IMG/VR virus record: IMGVR_UViG_3300025949_000016
DNA length: 64,000 nt
DNA from: a virus
Strand: one strand, 5' to 3'
Shown: piece after piece, positions 10,359 through 19,464 of the stretch
Layout of the letters: every line of letters starts with the position of its first letter
How positions within the stretch are numbered: the first letter of the stretch is position 1
Program-made: the position numbers and the translations under genes
The notes under the pieces: generated by a model
Databases searched by the model: none
What the model was told of the DNA's origin: nothing
The model's input: the letters and a program-made list of their open reading frames with translations, nothing else

Positions 10359-10609
10359 TTGCCGTGTTATGTGGTAACACATAATATTATTATTGAGTAA
10401 AATCGGTGAATTCTGAGAAGAAAATACCGAGCTAATTTCTGAAAATAAAGAGTCAGAAACAGTGTAACGCATAGGAACTGAAACTAGAAATAGAATATAA
10501 TGTTCCCAAGAGTGCTCGACATCCTAATGGGATGAAAATATATGCTGAGCTTACAAGAATTTGAATTGTAAGAACTAAAGGATAAAAAGCCTTTAGGATA
10601 ACAAAACTG

Positions 10610-11083
10610 AACTATTTAATAAAAACAAAAGTAGATCTTGATAAATTCATTAAAGATAAATCAAAGAGTCTTGAAAATTATATTATTGAAGAATATAAAA
10701 ACTATAGCGTAGAATATAGGTTACATGTAAGTAGAGAAGGATGTTTCTATGCTTGTAGAAAGGTTCTTAAAAAAGATACTCCTAAGGAAAATAGGTTTCA
10801 AAGACATGATGATAATTGCTCTTGGTTAGTAGAAACCAATCCAGGATTTAATAAGCCAGAAAACTGGAATGAAATAGTAGAAGACTGCAAGAAAGCAGTA
10901 GTTGCAATGGATGCTGATGTGTTAGCTTTTGATGTTAAGTGTACTTCTATTAAGGATAAGAAGGATAAAAAGTGTAGATTTATTCTTATAGAAAGTTGCA
11001 GTGCAGCATCTTTTGGAGATAAAACTGCGGAAAAATACATTCAAGAGTTACCTAAAATATTAAAATTAAAGTACGGACTATGA
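10610..11083 (+). CDS. ATP-grasp ligase, exon 2 (157 codons plus stop; absent from the ORF track)
   Basis: NYLIK...YIIEEY...EYRLHV...AFDV...ILIESCSAASFG; TGA overlaps the next ATG. Confidence 0.85.
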   Translation, partial: NYLIKTKVDLDKFIKDKSKSLENYIIEEYKNYSVEYRLHVSREGCFYACRKVLKKDTPKENRFQRHDDNCSWLVETNPGFNKPENWNEIVEDCKKAVVAMDADVLAFDVKCTSIKDKKDKKCRFILIESCSAASFGDKTAEKYIQELPKILKLKYGL

Positions 11084-11769
11084 AAATTATAGATGAAGTA
11101 AGTTCAAAATATAACCTATTTGAGATAGGACATGGGCAAAGAGAGGTTCAATTTGCATTTATAGATGGAAAAACTGGTAAAACGATAACTCCATTCTGTA
11201 GATGCAAGGATTATTTTAATGATATGTTCTTTTCAAATAAGATAGGTAAGGAACTAAGTATTTATGGATTTCATTGGAAGCCTAATCAAGACGAAGGTAT
11301 TTTAGATAGAAATACAATGACAGTGGCTGTTAGATTAAGGGATCAACATACTAAGAATATCTATGATCTTAAAGAAGAAGAGATACAATCGGTAAGAAAA
11401 TTAATGCAACAAGTTTCTAATAAAGCAGGTCTTGGTAGAATAATTGTTAGAGTATGTGAAGAAAATAAGAATATTATCGTATACTTTAATAGAAAATGGG
11501 CAGATACTCCTTATCTAAATAGTGCATTTTTCTTCTTTATTAGACTTGGATTTACGTATAAAAATGGAGAAGATATATTATCTTGGTATAATAAAGGAGA
11601 AAAATTCATATCTCCCAATGATCAATTCTATTTCAAACAAGGTTCTTCTAGAATAAAGGATATATTAGAAGGTAAACTTGACTTAAATCAGAAATATGAA
11701 ATGTATACTAATGCTAATATTCATGGAGCATCTGGGTTAATTGGTTATAAAGATTATAAGGTAGCTTAA
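11080..11769 (+). CDS. uncharacterised protein of the amidoligase cluster
   Basis: 229 aa with a CRCKDYFND motif; coupled to ATP-grasp exon 2. Confidence 0.6.
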   Translation: MKIIDEVSSKYNLFEIGHGQREVQFAFIDGKTGKTITPFCRCKDYFNDMFFSNKIGKELSIYGFHWKPNQDEGILDRNTMTVAVRLRDQHTKNIYDLKEEEIQSVRKLMQQVSNKAGLGRIIVRVCEENKNIIVYFNRKWADTPYLNSAFFFFIRLGFTYKNGEDILSWYNKGEKFISPNDQFYFKQGSSRIKDILEGKLDLNQKYEMYTNANIHGASGLIGYKDYKVA

Positions 11770-11791
11770 AAGAAATAAAAAAAATATAAAT

Positions 11792-14245
11792 ATGGAAGTA
11801 ATATATTTAAAAGTTTTACTATATGTAGTTGGATTTCATAGTTTACTCTGGTGTTATTTAAAGCGAAGGGGACATAAATTCAGTTCATTAGGATGCGGAA
11901 TAAGTGGATTTGTAGGCTCTAAGCCAGCTGATCCAAACCTTATTAGGATCATTATGATGTTTAATGAAAGTAGAGGAGAAGATGGAACTGGATGGGCAGT
12001 CAACAATATCGTAGAAAAGGATACAGAGAAAGTAACTAAGTTCATTCAATCTCATAGTCTAGATATAAGTCCAGAGGATGAAAATTTTACCATAGTCGCT
12101 CACGCTAGAAAATCAAGTTCCGGTACTAAAAATAATAAAGAATTGGTTCATCCTTTCTCTATTTATGCTGATGGAGTAGAAAAAGATAAACCAGATCTCA
12201 TATTAGCTATGAATGGAACTTTAACAAATACTCAATTAATGGCTACTACATTTGAAGTACCTTATAAAGAATTTACAAATTCTGATACTCAAATGTTAGC
12301 TAGAGCAATGGCTAAATTGGGAGAAAAAGATTATGTTAAGGCTATAGAAGGGTATGAAGGTACTGCCACTTTAGTGTTTTTTACTCCTAAACATCCTAAT
12401 ACATTACTGGTATATAGAGATCCGCAGCGGGCAATATACTATTGGCAGAAATCCGAAGATGAAATGTATATATCATCTATGGAAGAGCCTTTAGTAGCAG
12501 TTGGCGCTAATAAAAATGAAGTAATTGTATTTGAGAGTGAACATTTATATAAAATTGTTAAAGGTAAAATAAAGGAAAAAAAGAAAATAGATAGAAATCC
12601 TCTTAAGTATAAATCTTTATATCAAACTAATAAGCAGCATCGTCATGCAAGAGATGGAATGTATTATGAAAATGAGTATGGCTATAGTGATTATGAAAAT
12701 TGCCAGGTTCCTTTAATTGATATGAGGACTAGAGCAAAAAATATAAAAAGTCTTCATGCAGGAAAAGGAAATCTTGTTTATTGTTTACAAGATAAATACT
12801 ATAGAAATGGTCATTTATGTAGCGGAATGCTTAAAATAAATGATAAAGGAGAAGTAAATGAAAGGTTAGAATCTAACGAATTTAAAAAATACTTCTTTAT
12901 TAATGGTTATATGTGTAAAGATGAGCAAGCTTATGATAAATTAACGGATAAGTGCTCAGATAAAAATGGAAGGTTTGATATTAAAAAGTTTAAAAGTTTT
13001 TATCTTTCCGAACTAGTTGAGTTTTTTAAATATCCAATAACAACTATTGTAAATGAAAAAGAAAGATGGATACTTAACTCAGAGTATTCTACAAAATGCC
13101 AAACAATAGGAGATAAAATGGATATTGATATATTTTTATCACCTAATATTATTACGGTTAGATACGATGGAGAATTTACTGCCACTACTCTAAAAGATGT
13201 GGCTAATGTTGTATTAATTAAAGAAAGAGAACTTACAGTAAACCAAAGTTGTAAAAATTTAACAAATAAAACGGTTGATAAAATAAATAGTGAAGTTAAT
13301 GAAACAATACAGCACACTGAATTAGTTAGAATAATAAAAACAGATACAAGAAAAACATTTAGATCTAATTACTTCTATACTTTATATAGAATAGACATAG
13401 CCAAATGTAACCCAAGTCCTGAAGTAAAAGTTCATTTCTTTTCGATTCTATTAAAAGAATTAAGACATTTTAATGTAATAACAGAAGGGAGATATAATCA
13501 GTTACTTAATGAAGGTAGTAAAAATAAATTTGAAAGTCATGAATTAATAAAAGAGATAGATAAGTATATTGAACCTTTTTATAATAAATTAAATTATAAA
13601 AACGAAGATAAAATATCTAATATTCTATCTACAATAGATAAATTAAATTTATTAGATAATAGTGAAAGTAAAATTACAGAAGAAGATGTTATTAAAAGTA
13701 TTCGTGATAATAATGAATTATTCAACAATAATAACTTTAATAATGATTTGTTAGATTATAGTGAGGAAACTTTCAGTAAATTTACTACAAATTGGGTTCC
13801 AATTGATACTATGGATCATATGTATCCTTTTGCGGAGGCAATATGTTTATGTTTACATAAAATTGGATTTATTAATTTTAGTGAATTAGAAGACATTTTA
13901 AATAATAGTTATATAACTTTATTAAAAAGGACCGAGGCTTTATGGAATAACTGGAGAGAACAATACAAAGAGACAAGTGATAAAGTATTAAAAAATGCAA
14001 AAAAAATAATTAGTGAAGAAATTATTGAAGAAGTATTTTCATCGGAAGATCTTGAGAAAGAATGTAAAGATGAAATAAGCAATATTGTTGATTCTATAAA
14101 ATCTTATATTCAACAAGTTGAGGTTCAAGATATTGAACTAAGAACTCCTTGGATTGAAGATTCATTGAATCATATGGAATCGACAATAGGTTATATAAAG
14201 AGATATTTATTAAAGGAAGAAAAACAAGAAAATGAAAAAGAATAA
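11792..14245 (+). CDS. class II (Ntn) glutamine amidotransferase with N-terminal hydrophobic leader and long C-terminal extension
   Basis: CGISG at residue 35, SRGEDGTG, HARKSS, HPF, MNGTL, SDTQ. Confidence 0.85.
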   Translation: MEVIYLKVLLYVVGFHSLLWCYLKRRGHKFSSLGCGISGFVGSKPADPNLIRIIMMFNESRGEDGTGWAVNNIVEKDTEKVTKFIQSHSLDISPEDENFTIVAHARKSSSGTKNNKELVHPFSIYADGVEKDKPDLILAMNGTLTNTQLMATTFEVPYKEFTNSDTQMLARAMAKLGEKDYVKAIEGYEGTATLVFFTPKHPNTLLVYRDPQRAIYYWQKSEDEMYISSMEEPLVAVGANKNEVIVFESEHLYKIVKGKIKEKKKIDRNPLKYKSLYQTNKQHRHARDGMYYENEYGYSDYENCQVPLIDMRTRAKNIKSLHAGKGNLVYCLQDKYYRNGHLCSGMLKINDKGEVNERLESNEFKKYFFINGYMCKDEQAYDKLTDKCSDKNGRFDIKKFKSFYLSELVEFFKYPITTIVNEKERWILNSEYSTKCQTIGDKMDIDIFLSPNIITVRYDGEFTATTLKDVANVVLIKERELTVNQSCKNLTNKTVDKINSEVNETIQHTELVRIIKTDTRKTFRSNYFYTLYRIDIAKCNPSPEVKVHFFSILLKELRHFNVITEGRYNQLLNEGSKNKFESHELIKEIDKYIEPFYNKLNYKNEDKISNILSTIDKLNLLDNSESKITEEDVIKSIRDNNELFNNNNFNNDLLDYSEETFSKFTTNWVPIDTMDHMYPFAEAICLCLHKIGFINFSELEDILNNSYITLLKRTEALWNNWREQYKETSDKVLKNAKKIISEEIIEEVFSSEDLEKECKDEISNIVDSIKSYIQQVEVQDIELRTPWIEDSLNHMESTIGYIKRYLLKEEKQENEKE

Positions 14246-15815
14246 TAAACTTGTAAAAGATTATAAAGGTAATCTTATTCCTAAAGCAAGTGCTAGAAAA
14301 ATAGGAGAAAAGTATTATGAAGAAGGAAAGTCTTGTTTTTTAATGGAAGATGGTCAGTGGTATAGAATAACATCTACAGAAAAGATAATATATGATCATT
14401 ATAAAAAAGGTTATGTATTAGTTAATTCAACTAAACTATTAGATGGCATTATTAATGAAAAAGGTGAATTAGGTAAGTTTAGTGAAAATGACTTCTATGT
14501 AACAGGTAGAAAAAAAGAAGGTAGGAAAACTGGAGTATATAATCTAATACTTAATGAAAAAATAGCAGAAAAACTAGGATACATAGAATCTATCGGAGAT
14601 GGATTCTTCTATCCTAAGGATGAAATTACAGAAGAAGATAAAAAAGGATGGTTTAATAAAAAAACAATTCCTGCCACAGAAAGATCTAAGAGTTATAATC
14701 TAGAATCTGATCCTGAAAGAAAAAGACAATTGCAAGAATGCTATGATAAGTTAGATATTAAAATATCTCCTATAAGTAGGAAAATTGCAGGATGGATTGG
14801 GGATTATACATGGGGTATGGAAGCCGAGGTTATCAATGGTCATATACCAAGAAGAATAAGAACTATTTATGGAATTAAGGCTTTAAAGGATGGAAGCTTG
14901 AGACATGACGGAGGAGAAGGAATTGAATACGTTTCCATGCCAATGTCTGGACCTAAAGGAGTTGAAGTAATAAGAAAATTCTGTCAAGAATTATCCAGGA
15001 GATGTGAAGTTAATAATTTATGCTCTGTTCATTTTCATTTTGGAAATGTACGTAAAGATAAGTTATATGTCATTGCTCTTTATAGAATAATTACTTTAAT
15101 TCAAAACGAGCTTGTAAAGTATTTTCCATATTCTAGATTTAATTCTATAAGACCTGACGGTAAAGTTTATTGTAAACTATTAAATGATCTAGAAATAAAT
15201 TATATAAGAATTCTTAAATGTGAGTCTGAAGAAAACTTTCATAAATTAGTTGTAGAGGAATTTAATAAGATTTACAAATGGTTAAATAATGGTAAAGGAT
15301 TATCGGAATTAGTAGAAGAGCCTAAAGTAATAAGAGAAACAACTATTATAAACGGAAAGAAAATGTTCTGTGATAAATGGTTAAAGAAGGTGTTTACTAC
15401 TAAATCTGTTAATCATGCTATTAATGGTCAGAAATGGGACCGCGCCGAAAGATATTTCTTAGTTAATTTCCTTAATTTATTCTTTAGTAATATAGGAACT
15501 ATAGAGTTTAGGCAAATGGAGGGAAGTACAAATTCTACTAAGGTTTTAATTTGGTTTGTAACGTGTGCCTCTGTACTAAAATATGCTGAAGACATAAAAA
15601 GAGGGTTAAGTATTAAGAAACTAACATTAAAGGATATTCTTATAGATAATATTGACGAAGAGTATGCCGATTATATAATGGAATATTTTAAGTTAAGAAA
15701 TAAGCAATTCTTTAACGGAGATTCTTATAAAGGAAATTATAAATCAATCGAAAATGAATGGTTTAAAAATGATTCAGAGTTTAACTTTAAATTAGGTAAT
15801 ATAGAAATAAAATAA
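14232..15815 (+). CDS. putative amidoligase (COOH-NH2 ligase, Amidoligase_2-like)
   Basis: WGMEAE, DGSL, IEYVS, CSVHFH, TIEFR. Confidence 0.85.
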   Translation: MKKNNKLVKDYKGNLIPKASARKIGEKYYEEGKSCFLMEDGQWYRITSTEKIIYDHYKKGYVLVNSTKLLDGIINEKGELGKFSENDFYVTGRKKEGRKTGVYNLILNEKIAEKLGYIESIGDGFFYPKDEITEEDKKGWFNKKTIPATERSKSYNLESDPERKRQLQECYDKLDIKISPISRKIAGWIGDYTWGMEAEVINGHIPRRIRTIYGIKALKDGSLRHDGGEGIEYVSMPMSGPKGVEVIRKFCQELSRRCEVNNLCSVHFHFGNVRKDKLYVIALYRIITLIQNELVKYFPYSRFNSIRPDGKVYCKLLNDLEINYIRILKCESEENFHKLVVEEFNKIYKWLNNGKGLSELVEEPKVIRETTIINGKKMFCDKWLKKVFTTKSVNHAINGQKWDRAERYFLVNFLNLFFSNIGTIEFRQMEGSTNSTKVLIWFVTCASVLKYAEDIKRGLSIKKLTLKDILIDNIDEEYADYIMEYFKLRNKQFFNGDSYKGNYKSIENEWFKNDSEFNFKLGNIEIK

Positions 15816-15816
15816 A

Positions 15817-16473
15817 ATGAAAGATTATAAGTATTATGCATCTGCATGTAGTAGTAGTCATGGTAATTTTTTAGAGCCTCTTGGTTTTTCTTCAACAAAT
15901 AATATTGAAGAAGCTGACGTAATTATATTTGGAGGTGGTGCAGATGTTGATCCGAAGAATTATGGAGAAGAGAAAGGATCTAGAACATATGCTAATCCAA
16001 AAAGAGATAAAGAGGAAATAAGAGATTTCAAATTTGCTCAAAAAGTTGGAATTCCTTCTCTGGGAATCTGTAGAGGTCATCAATTCCTTTGTGCAATGGT
16101 AGGAGGTAAGCTAATTCAAGATGTAAGTAATCATGCTGGATCTGATCATCAAATTTCTACATTTGATGGACTAACACTTACTACAAATAGTCTTCACCAT
16201 CAAATGATAAACCCATATATCTTAAAGCCTAAGGAATATAAGATATTAGCATGGACTCCTAAAAGACTTTCTAATAGGTATTTTGGAGCAAAGGATAAAT
16301 CAGTTTATCTTCCTTATGAATTTAAGGAAATTGAAGCAATATATTTCCCTACTATTAGAGCATTTAGTGTACAGTTTCACCCAGAAATGATGTTTAATCG
16401 TAGTGGAAAAAATGAAGCAGTTGTTACTTGGACGCAAAAAACATTTTTGCAATTTTTTGAAAATAAACTTTAA
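15817..16473 (+). CDS. class I glutamine amidotransferase / peptidase C26 (PuuD-like)
   Basis: GGGADV, GICRGHQ, NSLHHQ, QFHPE. Confidence 0.9.
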   Translation: MKDYKYYASACSSSHGNFLEPLGFSSTNNIEEADVIIFGGGADVDPKNYGEEKGSRTYANPKRDKEEIRDFKFAQKVGIPSLGICRGHQFLCAMVGGKLIQDVSNHAGSDHQISTFDGLTLTTNSLHHQMINPYILKPKEYKILAWTPKRLSNRYFGAKDKSVYLPYEFKEIEAIYFPTIRAFSVQFHPEMMFNRSGKNEAVVTWTQKTFLQFFENKL

Positions 16474-16484
16474 ATATAATTAAT

Positions 16485-17231
16485 ATGTACAGACCTAAGA
16501 TAGGAATCGTTGGATGGTCAACAGGACCTAATTCGTTTGGTGCTACAAAACCTTATTTACATCATTTATCTTTATTTGGAGACGTGATTATACTTCCTCC
16601 AACTAAAACTACATATGACTTTTTAGACTTAGTAGTCTTACCAGGCGGAGCAGATACATTACCAACTAGATATGGAATGGTTCCTGGATATTATAATAGT
16701 GATCCTGATCAATACAAAGAAGCTTTTATTGATCTTAACCTCCAAAACTATATTAATGCAGGTATTCCAATTTGGGGTACTTGTTTGGGATTTCAACAAT
16801 TAATAGTTTATTTCGGTGGGAAAATGATTCAAAATATAGTAGGTCATAGTCATAGTGACGTGGAAAAATATGGTAGAGGCCATGAAGTAAATGAGTTAAC
16901 ATTTGTTCCTAAGTACGAGCCATTTAGGGATAAAATGTTAAAGATAAGGCCAAGAGCACCCAAGAAAATAAAAGTATGTTCATTACATCATCAAGGCATT
17001 GAGTTTGATGAAGATAAGCCAAACTATGGTTTACCAGAGTGTTTAGATGTAATTGCATATAGTGAAGAACTAGTAGAGTTTTTTAGACATAAAGAACTTC
17101 CTATTGCAGGGGGTCAAAGTCACGTTGAAGAGGATTTTAACATGGTAGGAAACACATTAATCAAAGAACTATTATCCAGATCACCAAATAGAAAGAAATA
17201 TGAATCAACTGTGGAAATCATTAAGAACTGA
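16485..17231 (+). CDS. class I glutamine amidotransferase / peptidase C26
   Basis: PGGAD, GTCLGFQ, SLHHQ, QSHVE. Confidence 0.88.
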   Translation: MYRPKIGIVGWSTGPNSFGATKPYLHHLSLFGDVIILPPTKTTYDFLDLVVLPGGADTLPTRYGMVPGYYNSDPDQYKEAFIDLNLQNYINAGIPIWGTCLGFQQLIVYFGGKMIQNIVGHSHSDVEKYGRGHEVNELTFVPKYEPFRDKMLKIRPRAPKKIKVCSLHHQGIEFDEDKPNYGLPECLDVIAYSEELVEFFRHKELPIAGGQSHVEEDFNMVGNTLIKELLSRSPNRKKYESTVEIIKN

Positions 17232-17685
17232 TTTAAGTACTCTTCTTAATGTAAAAGAAGATTCGTTCCTTATAAAAATTTATGAAAATTCTTCCAATGT
17301 ATTTTTTACGCTGGAAGAATTTTTTAATCAATATAATCCTGAAGAATTACAGAAAGGACAATGTAATTTAATGTTTAGAATAGATGCTGGAGGAAAATCA
17401 ATAGCTACTTTTCAATTAAAAGACATGTATAATTGTAATGGCATAATTGTGGGTAGTGATTTATTAGTGATAAGAGCATTTAGAAATAAAGGATTAGGTA
17501 CCTTACTTACTAAGTTTATGATGGAATTTAGTAAATATTACGGATATGGTGTTATTCAAGCGGCAGATTTAACCAGTAATGAATATCAAGTAAAGATATT
17601 TACTAAGCTTGGATGGGAAAAGAGTATTAATTTTAATAATCCAAAAACTGGTAATAATTTAACAATTTGGTTTAATAAATTTTAA
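17200..17685 (+). CDS. GNAT acetyltransferase
   Basis: acetyl-CoA motif A FRNKGLGT; IFTKLGW. Confidence 0.8.
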   Translation: MNQLWKSLRTDLSTLLNVKEDSFLIKIYENSSNVFFTLEEFFNQYNPEELQKGQCNLMFRIDAGGKSIATFQLKDMYNCNGIIVGSDLLVIRAFRNKGLGTLLTKFMMEFSKYYGYGVIQAADLTSNEYQVKIFTKLGWEKSINFNNPKTGNNLTIWFNKF

Positions 17686-17690
17686 GTAAT

Positions 17691-18533
17691 ATGAAAACTA
17701 TTGATAAAAGTAAAGTATTAGTTGGATCTGATTTTGAAATGTTCTTACAGAATAGTGAAGGAAAAATAATTTCAGCCATCCCATTTAATAGTGGTACTAA
17801 AGAAAACCCTGAGAAAATAGAAGGATATCCTGGATGCTGTATTCAACGTGATGGAATACTTCAGGAATGTAACGTACCTCCAGTAAGATTAGATGAATCT
17901 GATAACTTTATTGAGAATATAAAACTTGTAAAAGAATATATTTATAATAAGTTTGCACACAAATATGATCTAAAATTAGTTTGTTGCCCAACTGCTTGCT
18001 TGGAAGAAGATCAATTGCAACATGATGAGGCTCGACAAATTGGTTGTAGCGCAGATTATAATGCTTGGAAAGATGGAGAAGTAAATGAGAAACCTTCTTA
18101 TGATGATAGCGGACTTAGATGCTGCGGTATGCATTTTCACCTTAGTTATCCAGACGCCGATGTTGATACTTCTATAGATTTAATGAAACTCTTTGATCTT
18201 TTCTTAACCGTTCCATTTGTACTCTTAGACAAAGATAAAGATAGAAGAAAGCTATACGGTAAAGCAGGATCTTTTAGACTCTGTAACTGGGGAGAAGTGG
18301 GAGGATTTGAAGCTAGAACTTTATCTAATTACGTATTATCAGATTATGAACTCATTGAATACGTTTTTAATCAATTAAATGAAATGTTTAATTATTATAA
18401 TACTCATTCAATGGATGAAGTAAATGAAGTAGCTGATGATATTATTAAAGCTATTAATGAATCCAATGAAGAGCTAGCAGGAATAATTTGTGAGAAATTT
18501 GAAATACTTTTACTTTTACCTGAATTATATTAA
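17691..18533 (+). CDS. phiEco32-like COOH-NH2 ligase type 2
   Basis: GSDFEMFL, GCSADYNAW, LRCCGMHFH, RRKLYGKAGSFR, EARTLSN. Confidence 0.88.
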   Translation: MKTIDKSKVLVGSDFEMFLQNSEGKIISAIPFNSGTKENPEKIEGYPGCCIQRDGILQECNVPPVRLDESDNFIENIKLVKEYIYNKFAHKYDLKLVCCPTACLEEDQLQHDEARQIGCSADYNAWKDGEVNEKPSYDDSGLRCCGMHFHLSYPDADVDTSIDLMKLFDLFLTVPFVLLDKDKDRRKLYGKAGSFRLCNWGEVGGFEARTLSNYVLSDYELIEYVFNQLNEMFNYYNTHSMDEVNEVADDIIKAINESNEELAGIICEKFEILLLLPELY

Positions 18534-18535
18534 AT

Positions 18536-19075
18536 ATGACATTAGTAGATTTAAAATCCACCCTACAAAAACTATTAGATGATGACACTATAGATATTAG
18601 ATTGAATGATATAAGTGTAAGTGACAGTGAGATATTAAATACTAAGCTTCTAAATGGAAAAAGATTAGTTTATCCTTATCCAACAGATGTATTTTTTCGA
18701 ATTAACATTAGTGATATAAATCAAGATTTTATATCATTTAATTTAAAAGAATTTAATACTTGTTGTGGTAAATTAATCTTACATGGCATTCGTTATACGG
18801 ATGCATACAATGATTATAAAGATAAAATGAAAGGTAAAGAGTTAAGTAAAGAACTCTTCAAAGAAGCAATTAATCTAATATTTAGTAGTTTAGTGGAAAT
18901 AATGGAAGGATTGGATTATAGCTCTTTATCTTTTATTGTATCTGAAATGGAGCAAAAAAAATTATTTGAAATTTTAACTCATTTAGGTTATAAACCTGTT
19001 AATAGTTTTAGTAACAAAAGAATGCCTTTGAAAAATAAATGTCATGAATATATAATAAATTTGGAAAATTCATAA
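18536..19075 (+). CDS. GNAT-like protein
   Basis: TCCG and LTHLGYKPVNSFSN resemble 17200 and 84. Confidence 0.5.
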   Translation: MTLVDLKSTLQKLLDDDTIDIRLNDISVSDSEILNTKLLNGKRLVYPYPTDVFFRINISDINQDFISFNLKEFNTCCGKLILHGIRYTDAYNDYKDKMKGKELSKELFKEAINLIFSSLVEIMEGLDYSSLSFIVSEMEQKKLFEILTHLGYKPVNSFSNKRMPLKNKCHEYIINLENS

Positions 19076-19091
19076 ATATTCCGTACATTTG
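19060..19091 (+). promoter_or_regulatory. Bacteroidota sigma-A-type promoter
   Basis: TTTG - 20 nt - TACATTTG; ATG at 19096. Confidence 0.8.
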
Positions 19092-19095
19092 CCTT

Positions 19096-19464
19096 ATGGT
19101 AAATGTAAAACGTAAAGGTGGAAATGCGGAGAGAAAGTTTATTTCTGAGATAAATGGACTTGATTTAGGATATCTTGTAGGTAGTTCTAGATTGCATAGT
19201 AGATATATGGATAATATGGATGTAGATATAGTAGATCATCCATTAGCCACGGCTAAATTTCCCTATCATATTCAGTCTAAAAGTATTACAGGATATCCTA
19301 AATATCATGATATTTTTTCAGAATTTAAACTTACTGATAAACCACTTATTGTATTTCATGAATTAACTGAAAAAAGAGGATCAAGATTCTTTAAACTTTC
19401 AGATTATGTAATAATGAAAAAAGAAGATTTCTATGAAATATTAAAAAGATTAAAAAATGTCTAG
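19096..19464 (+). CDS. Holliday junction resolvase-like PD-(D/E)XK nuclease
   Basis: KRKGGNAER, DVD, IQSK. Confidence 0.75.
   Translation: MVNVKRKGGNAERKFISEINGLDLGYLVGSSRLHSRYMDNMDVDIVDHPLATAKFPYHIQSKSITGYPKYHDIFSEFKLTDKPLIVFHELTEKRGSRFFKLSDYVIMKKEDFYEILKRLKNV

Larger units (their letters stand above)
9712..10609 (+). mobile_element. group I self-splicing intron with homing endonuclease gene
   Basis: 5' exon ends in U, intron ends in G; P2 10364-10387, P3 TTGAGTA/TGCTCGA, P4 TCGGT/ACCGA, P7 GCATA/TATGC, P8 10520-10534, P9 hairpins; removal restores the frame. Confidence 0.88.

Noticed and set aside
10798-11040. 80-aa minus-strand ORF
   Set aside because: Antisense shadow of ATP-grasp exon 2
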